From Squalus acanthias (lineage: Eukaryota), in assembly GCA_030390025.1 (NCBI GenBank), contig JASTWF010000325.1:248001-312000 (forward strand): a DNA stretch of 64,000 nucleotides. The letters are read 5' to 3'. Below are positions 57,901-64,000 of this stretch, in pieces. Position 1 is the stretch's first letter, and each line of letters opens with the position of its first letter. Made by a program: the position numbers and the translations under genes. A model generated the notes under the pieces. That model worked only from the letters and a program-made list of their open reading frames with translations, made no database searches and was not told where the DNA came from.

Positions 57901-60900
57901 CTCTATCTATCTCAGTCTCAGTGTGTGTGTAACATTGCTCTATCTATCTCAGTCCTCCGTGTGTGTGTGACATTGCTCTATCTATCTCAGTCTCAGTGTG
58001 TGTGCACATTGCTCTATCTATCTCAGTCTCTGTGTGTAACATTGCTCTATCTATCTCAGTCTCCAGGTAGTGTGAACATTGCTCTATCTATCTCAGTCTC
58101 AGCTGTGTGTGCTAACATTGCTCTATCTATCTCAGTCGTGTGTGTGTAACATTCGTCTCATCTATCTCAGTCTCAGTGTGTGGGTGTCACATTGCTCTAT
58201 CTATCACAGTCTCGGTGTGTGTAAACATTGCTCTATCTATCTCAGTCTCAGTGAGTGTGTAACATTGTCTATCTATTCCTCGTCTCAGTGTGTGTGTACC
58301 ATTGCTCTATCTATCTCAGTCTCGCAGTGTGTAAGCATTGCTCTATCTATCTCAGTCTCAGTTTGTGGTCACATTGCTCTATCTATCTCAGTCTCGGTGT
58401 GTAAAATTGCTCTATCTAATCTCAGTCTCTGGTGTGTGTGTGAACATTGCTCTATCTAATCTCCTGTCTCAGTGGTGTGTAACATTGCTCCTATCTATCT
58501 CAGTCTCGAGTGTGTAACATTGCTCTATCTATCTCAGTCTCAGTGTGTGTACATTGCTCTATCTATCTCAGTCTCAGTGTGTAACATTGCTCTATCTATA
58601 TCAGTCTCGGTGTGTGGTAACATTGCTCTATCTATCTCAGTCTCAGGTGTGTGTAAACATTGCTCTATCTATCTCAGTCTCAGTGTGTGTGTGAACATTG
58701 CTCTATCTATCTCTGTCTCAGTGTGTGTGTAACATTGCTCTATCTATCTCAGTCTCGTGTGTGTGTAACATTGCTCTATCTATCTCAGTCTCAGTGTGTG
58801 TGTAACATTGCTCTATCTATCTCAGTCTCAGTGTGTAACATTGCTCTATCTATCTCAGTCTCAGTGTGTAACATTGCTCTATCTATCTCCGTCTCGGTGT
58901 GTAACATTGCTCTATCTATCTCAGTCTCAGTGTGTGTGTAACATTGCTCTATCTATCTCAGTCTCAGTGTGTGTGTAACATTGCTCTATCTATCTCAGTC
59001 TCGGTGTGTGTGTAACATTGCTCTATCTATCTCAGTCTCAGTGTGTGTGTAACATTGCTCTATCTATCTCAGTCTCAGTGTGTGTGTGACATTGCTCTAT
59101 CTATCTCAGTCTCAGTGTGTAACATTGCTCTATCTATCTCAGTCTCGGTGTGTGTCACATTGCTCTATCTATCTAAGTCTCGGTGTGTAACATTGCTCTA
59201 TCTATCTCAGTCTCAGTGTGTGTGTAACATTGCTCTATCTATCTCAGTCTCAGTGTGTAACATCGCTCTCTCTATCTCAGTCTCTGTGTGTGTGTGTAAC
59301 ATTGCTTTATCTATCTCAGTCTCGGTGTGTGTGTAACATTGCTCTATCTATCTCAGTCTCTGTGTGTGTGTAACATTGCTCTATCTATCTCAGTCTCGGT
59401 GTGTAACATTGCTCTATCTATCTCAGTCTCGGTGTGTAACATTGCTCTATCTATCTCAGTCTCAGTGTGTAACATTGCTCTATCTATCTCAGTCTCAGTG
59501 TGTAACATTGCTCTATCTATCTCAGTCTCAGTGTGTAACATTGCTCTATCTATCTCAGTCTCAGTGTGTAACATTGCTCTATCTATCTCAGTCTTGGTGT
59601 GTGTGTGTGGAACATTGCTCTATCTATCTCAGTCTCAGTGTGTGTAACATTGCTCGATCTATCTCAGTCTCAGTGTGTGTGTAACATTGCTCTATCTATC
59701 TCAGTCTCAGTGTGTGTGCAACATTGCTCTATCTATCTCAGTCTCAGTGTGGGTGTAACATTGCTCTATCTATCTCAGTCTCAGTGTGTAACATTGCTCT
59801 ATCTATCTCAGTCTCAGTGTGTGTGTCACATTGCTCTATCTATCTCAGCCTCGGTGTGTGTGTAACATTGCTCTATCTATCTCTGTCTCAGGTGTGTGTG
59901 TCAACATTGCTCTATCTATCTCAGTACTCGGTATGTGTAACATTGCTCTATCTATCACAGTCTCGAGTGGTCGTGTGTAACATTGCTCTATCTATCTCAG
60001 TCTCAGGGGTGTGTGTACTATTGCCTCTATCTATCTCAGTCTCAGTGTCTGTGTGTGACATTGCTCTACCTATCTCCAGTCTCGGTGTGTGTAACACTTG
60101 CTCTATCTATCTCAGTCTCAGTGTGTAACATTGCTCTATCTATCTCAGTCTCAGAGTGTAACATTGCTCTATCTATCTCCGTCTCGGTGTGTAACTATTG
60201 CTCTATCTCAAGTCTCAGTCGTGTGTGTAACATTGCTCTATCTATCTCAAGTCTCGGATGTGTGTGTAACATGCTCTATCTATCTCAGTCCCAGTGTGTG
60301 TGTACACTTGCTCCATCTATCTCAGCTCTCAGTGCTGTGTGTAACATTGCTGTATCTATCTCAGGTCTCAGTGTGTAACATTGCTCTATCTATCTCAGTC
60401 CTAATGTGTAACATTGCTCTATCTATCTCAGTCTCAGTGTGTGTGTAACATTGCTCCATCTATCTCAGTCTCAGTGTGTGTGTAACATTGCTCTATCTAT
60501 CTCAGTCTCGGTGTGTAACATTGCTCTATCAATCTCAGTCTCAGTGTGTAACATTGCTCTATCTATCTCAGTCTCAGTGTGTGTGTGACATTGCTCTATC
60601 TATCTCAGTCTCGGTGTGTGTAACATTGCTCTATCTATCTCAGTCTCAGTGTGTAACATTGCTCTATCTATCTCAGTCTCAGTGTGTAACATTGCTCTAT
60701 CTATCTCCGTCTCGGTGTGTAACATTGCTCTATCTCAGTCTCAGTGTGTGTGTAACATTCCTCTATCTATCTCAGTCTCAGTGTGTAACATTGCTCTATC
60801 TATCTCAGTCTCAGTGTGTAACATTGCTCTATCTATCTCTGTCTCAGTGTGTAACATTGCTCTATCTATCTCAGTGTGTGTGTAACATTGCTCTATCTAT

Positions 60901-63900
60901 CTCAGTCTCAGTGTGTGTGTAACATTGCTCCATCTATCTCAGTCTCAGTGTGTGTGCAACATTGCTCTATCTATCTCAGTCTCGGTGTGTAACATTGCTC
61001 TATCTATCTCAGTCCTCAGTGTGTGTGTAACATTGCTCTATCTATCTCAGTCTCGGTGTGTAACATTGCTTTATCTATCTCAGTCTCGGTGTGTGTGTAA
61101 CATTGCTCATATCTTCTCTCAGTCCTCATAGATGTGGTGTAACATTGCTCCTATCTATCTCAGTCTCAGTGTAGTGTGTAAACATTGCTCCAATCTATCT
61201 CCGTCTCAGTGTGTGTGCAACATTGCTCTATCTATCTCAGTCTCGGTGTGTAACATTGCTCTATCCTATCTCAGTCTCGGTGTGTAACATTGCTCTATCT
61301 ATCTCAGTCTCAGTTGTGTAACATTGCTCTATCTATTCAGTCTCAGTGTGTAACATTGCTCTATCTATCTCTGTCTCGGTGTGTAACATTGCTCTATCTA
61401 TCTCAGTCTCGCGTTTGTGTAGAACATTGCTCTATCTCAGTCTCAGTGTGTGTTTAACATTGCTCTATCTATCTCAGTCTCGGTGTGTGTAACATTGCTC
61501 TATCTATCTCAGTCTCAGTGTGTAACATTGCTCTATCTATCTCAGTCTCAGTGTGTAACATTGCTCTATCTATCTCCGTCTCGGTGTGTAACATTGCTCT
61601 ATCTCAGTCTCAGTGTGTGTGTAACATTGCTCTATCTATCTCAGTCTCGGTGTGTGTGTGTAACATTGCTCTATCTATCTCAGTCTCAGTGTGTGTGTAA
61701 CATTGCTCCATCTATCTCAGTCTCAGTGTGTGTGTAACATTGATCTATCTATCTCAGTCTCGGTGTGTGTGTGTAACATTGCTCTATCTATCTCAGTCTC
61801 AGTGTGTGTGTAACATTGCTCTATCTATCTCAGTCTCAGTGTGTGTGTAACATTGCTCTATCTATCTCAGTCTCGGTGTGTAACATTGCTCTATCTATCT
61901 CAGTCTCAGTGTGTGTGTAACATTGCTCTATCTATCTCAGTCTCGGTGTGTGTGTGTAACATTGCTCTATCTATCTCAGTCTCGGTGTGTAACATTGCTC
62001 TATCTATCTCAGTCTCGGTGTGTGTGTAACATTGCTCTATCTATCTCAGTCTCGTGTGTGTGTGTAACATTGCTCTATCTATCTCAGTCTCAGTGTGTGT
62101 GTAACATTGCTCCATCGATCTCAGTCTCAGTGTGTGTGTAACATTGCTCTATCTATCTCAGTCTCAGTGTGTAACATTGCTCTATCTATCTCAGTCTCAG
62201 TGTGTAACATTGCTCCTATCTATCTCAGTCTTGGTGTGTGTGTGTGTAACATTGCTCTATCTATCTCAGTCTAGTGTGTGTGCAACATTGCTCTATCTAT
62301 CCTCAGTCTCAGTGTGTGTGCAACATTGCTCTATCTATCTCAGTCTCAGTGTGGTGTAACATTGCTCTATTCTATCTCAGTCTCAGTGTGTAACATTGCT
62401 CTATCTATCTCAGTCTCAGTGTGTGTAACATTGCTCTATCTATCTCAGTCGCCAGTGTGTGTGTCACATTGCTCAATCTATTCTCAGACCTCGTGTGTGT
62501 GTAACATTGCTCTATCTATCTCAGTCTCATTGTGTGTGTGACATTGCTCTATCTATCTCAGTCTCGGTGAGTGTGTAACATTGCTCTATCTATCTCAGTC
62601 TCAGTGTGTGTAACATTGCTCTATCTATCTCAAGTCTCAGTGTGAACATTGCTCTATCTATCTCAGTCTCAGTGTGTAACATTTGCTCTATCTATCTCCG
62701 TCTCGGTGTGTAACATTGCTCTATCTCAGTCTCAGTGTGTGTGTAACATTGCTCTATCTATCTCAGTCTCGGTGGTGTGTAACATTGCTCTATCTATCTC
62801 AGTCCAGTGTGTGTGTACATTGCTCCATCTATCTCAGTCTCAGTGTGTGTGTAACATTGCTCTATCTACTCAGTCTCCCGGTGTGTAACATTGCTCTATC
62901 TATCTCAGTTCTCAGTGTGTGTGTGACATTTGCTCTATCTATCTCAGTCTCGGTGTGTGTAACATTGCTCTATCTATCTCAGTCTCAGTCTCAGTGTGTA
63001 ACATTGCTCTATCTATCTCAGTCTCAGTGTGTAACATTGCCCTATCTATCTCAGTCTCAGTGTGTAACATTGCTCTATCTATCTCAGTCTCAGTGTGTAA
63101 CATTGCTCTATCTATCTCAGTCTCAGTGTGTAACATTGCCCTATCTATCTCAGTCTCAGTGTGTAACATTGCTCTATCTATCTCCGTCTCGGTGTGTAAC
63201 ATTGCTCTATCTCAGTCTCAGTGTGTGTGTAACATTGCTCTATCTATCTCAGTCTCGGTGTGTTTGTGTAACATTGCTCTATCTATCTCAGTCTCAGTGT
63301 GTGTGTAACATTGCTCCATCTATCTCAGTCTCAGTGTGTGTGTAACATTGCTCTATCTATCTCAGTCTCGGTGTGTAACATTGCTCTATCTATCTCAGTC
63401 TCAGTGTGTGTGTAACATTGCTCTATCTATCTCAGTCTCGGTGTGTAACATTGCTCTATCTATCTCAGTCTCTGTGTGTGTGTGTAACATTGCTTTATCT
63501 ATCTCAGTCTCGGTGTGTGTGTAACATTGCTCTATCTATCTCAGTCTCTGTGTGTGTGTAACATTGCTCTATCTATCTCAGTCTCGGTGTGTAACATTGC
63601 TCTATCTATCTCAGTCTCGGTGTGTAACATTGCTCTATCTATCTCAGTCTCAGTGTGTAACATTGCTCTATCTATCTCAGTCTCAGTGTGTAACATTGCT
63701 CTATCTATCTCAGTCTCAGTGTGTAACATTGCTCTATCTATCTCAGTCTTGGTGTGTGTGTGTGGAACATTGCTCTATCTATCTCATTCCCAGTGTGTGT
63801 GTAACATTGCTCTATCTATCTCAGTCTCAGTGTGTGTGTAACATTGCTCTATCTATCTCAGTCTCAGTGTGTGTGTAACATTGCTCTATCTATCTCAGTC

Positions 63901-64000
63901 TCAGTGTGTGTGTAACATTGCTCTATCTATCTCTGTCTCAGTGTGTGTGTAACATTGCTCTATCTATCTCAGTCGCAGTGTGTGTGTAACATTGCTCTAT
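51975..64000. repeat. Minisatellite of over 12 kb, 33-37-bp unit GTAACATTGCTCTATCTATCTCAGTCTCAGT(GT)n
   Basis: Tandem repetition to the end of the window. Confidence 0.98.

Noticed and set aside
52718..63878. CVTLLYLSQSQ and CNIALSISVSV ORFs
   Set aside because: Translations of the 33-37-bp minisatellite.

Overview
Vertebrate genomic DNA, most likely from a cartilaginous fish (inferred from the repeat types: Deu-domain SINE, CR1/L2 LINEs, Penelope and Harbinger remnants). More than half of the window is minisatellite (20, 24, 26, 28, 33, 33-37 and 43 bp units), and these arrays account for most of the spurious ORF track. Six coding exons of an FGD-family RhoGEF gene (best resemblance FGD2) lie on the + strand between 3610 and 51886; one expected DH-domain exon is absent and may fall in the 200-N gap. 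The first coding intron holds a young, near-complete 11.7 kb antisense endogenous retrovirus-like provirus (4465-16144) with the order LTR, tRNA-Arg PBS, gag, UGA, pro-RT-tether-RNaseH-IN, env, PPT, LTR. Its env is intact (820 aa) and is not of the SU/TM type. It resembles a paramyxo/pneumovirus class I fusion protein, as reported for lokiretroviruses, and carries an apparent immunoglobulin domain between the signal peptide and the fusion module. Gag has an overlapping PSAP/PPxY late domain, and gag and pol are joined in frame by a CAA-UGA-CUAG readthrough context. Gag and pol carry three small lesions, and the 5' LTR appears truncated. All family assignments come from motif recognition by eye; no database searches were run.
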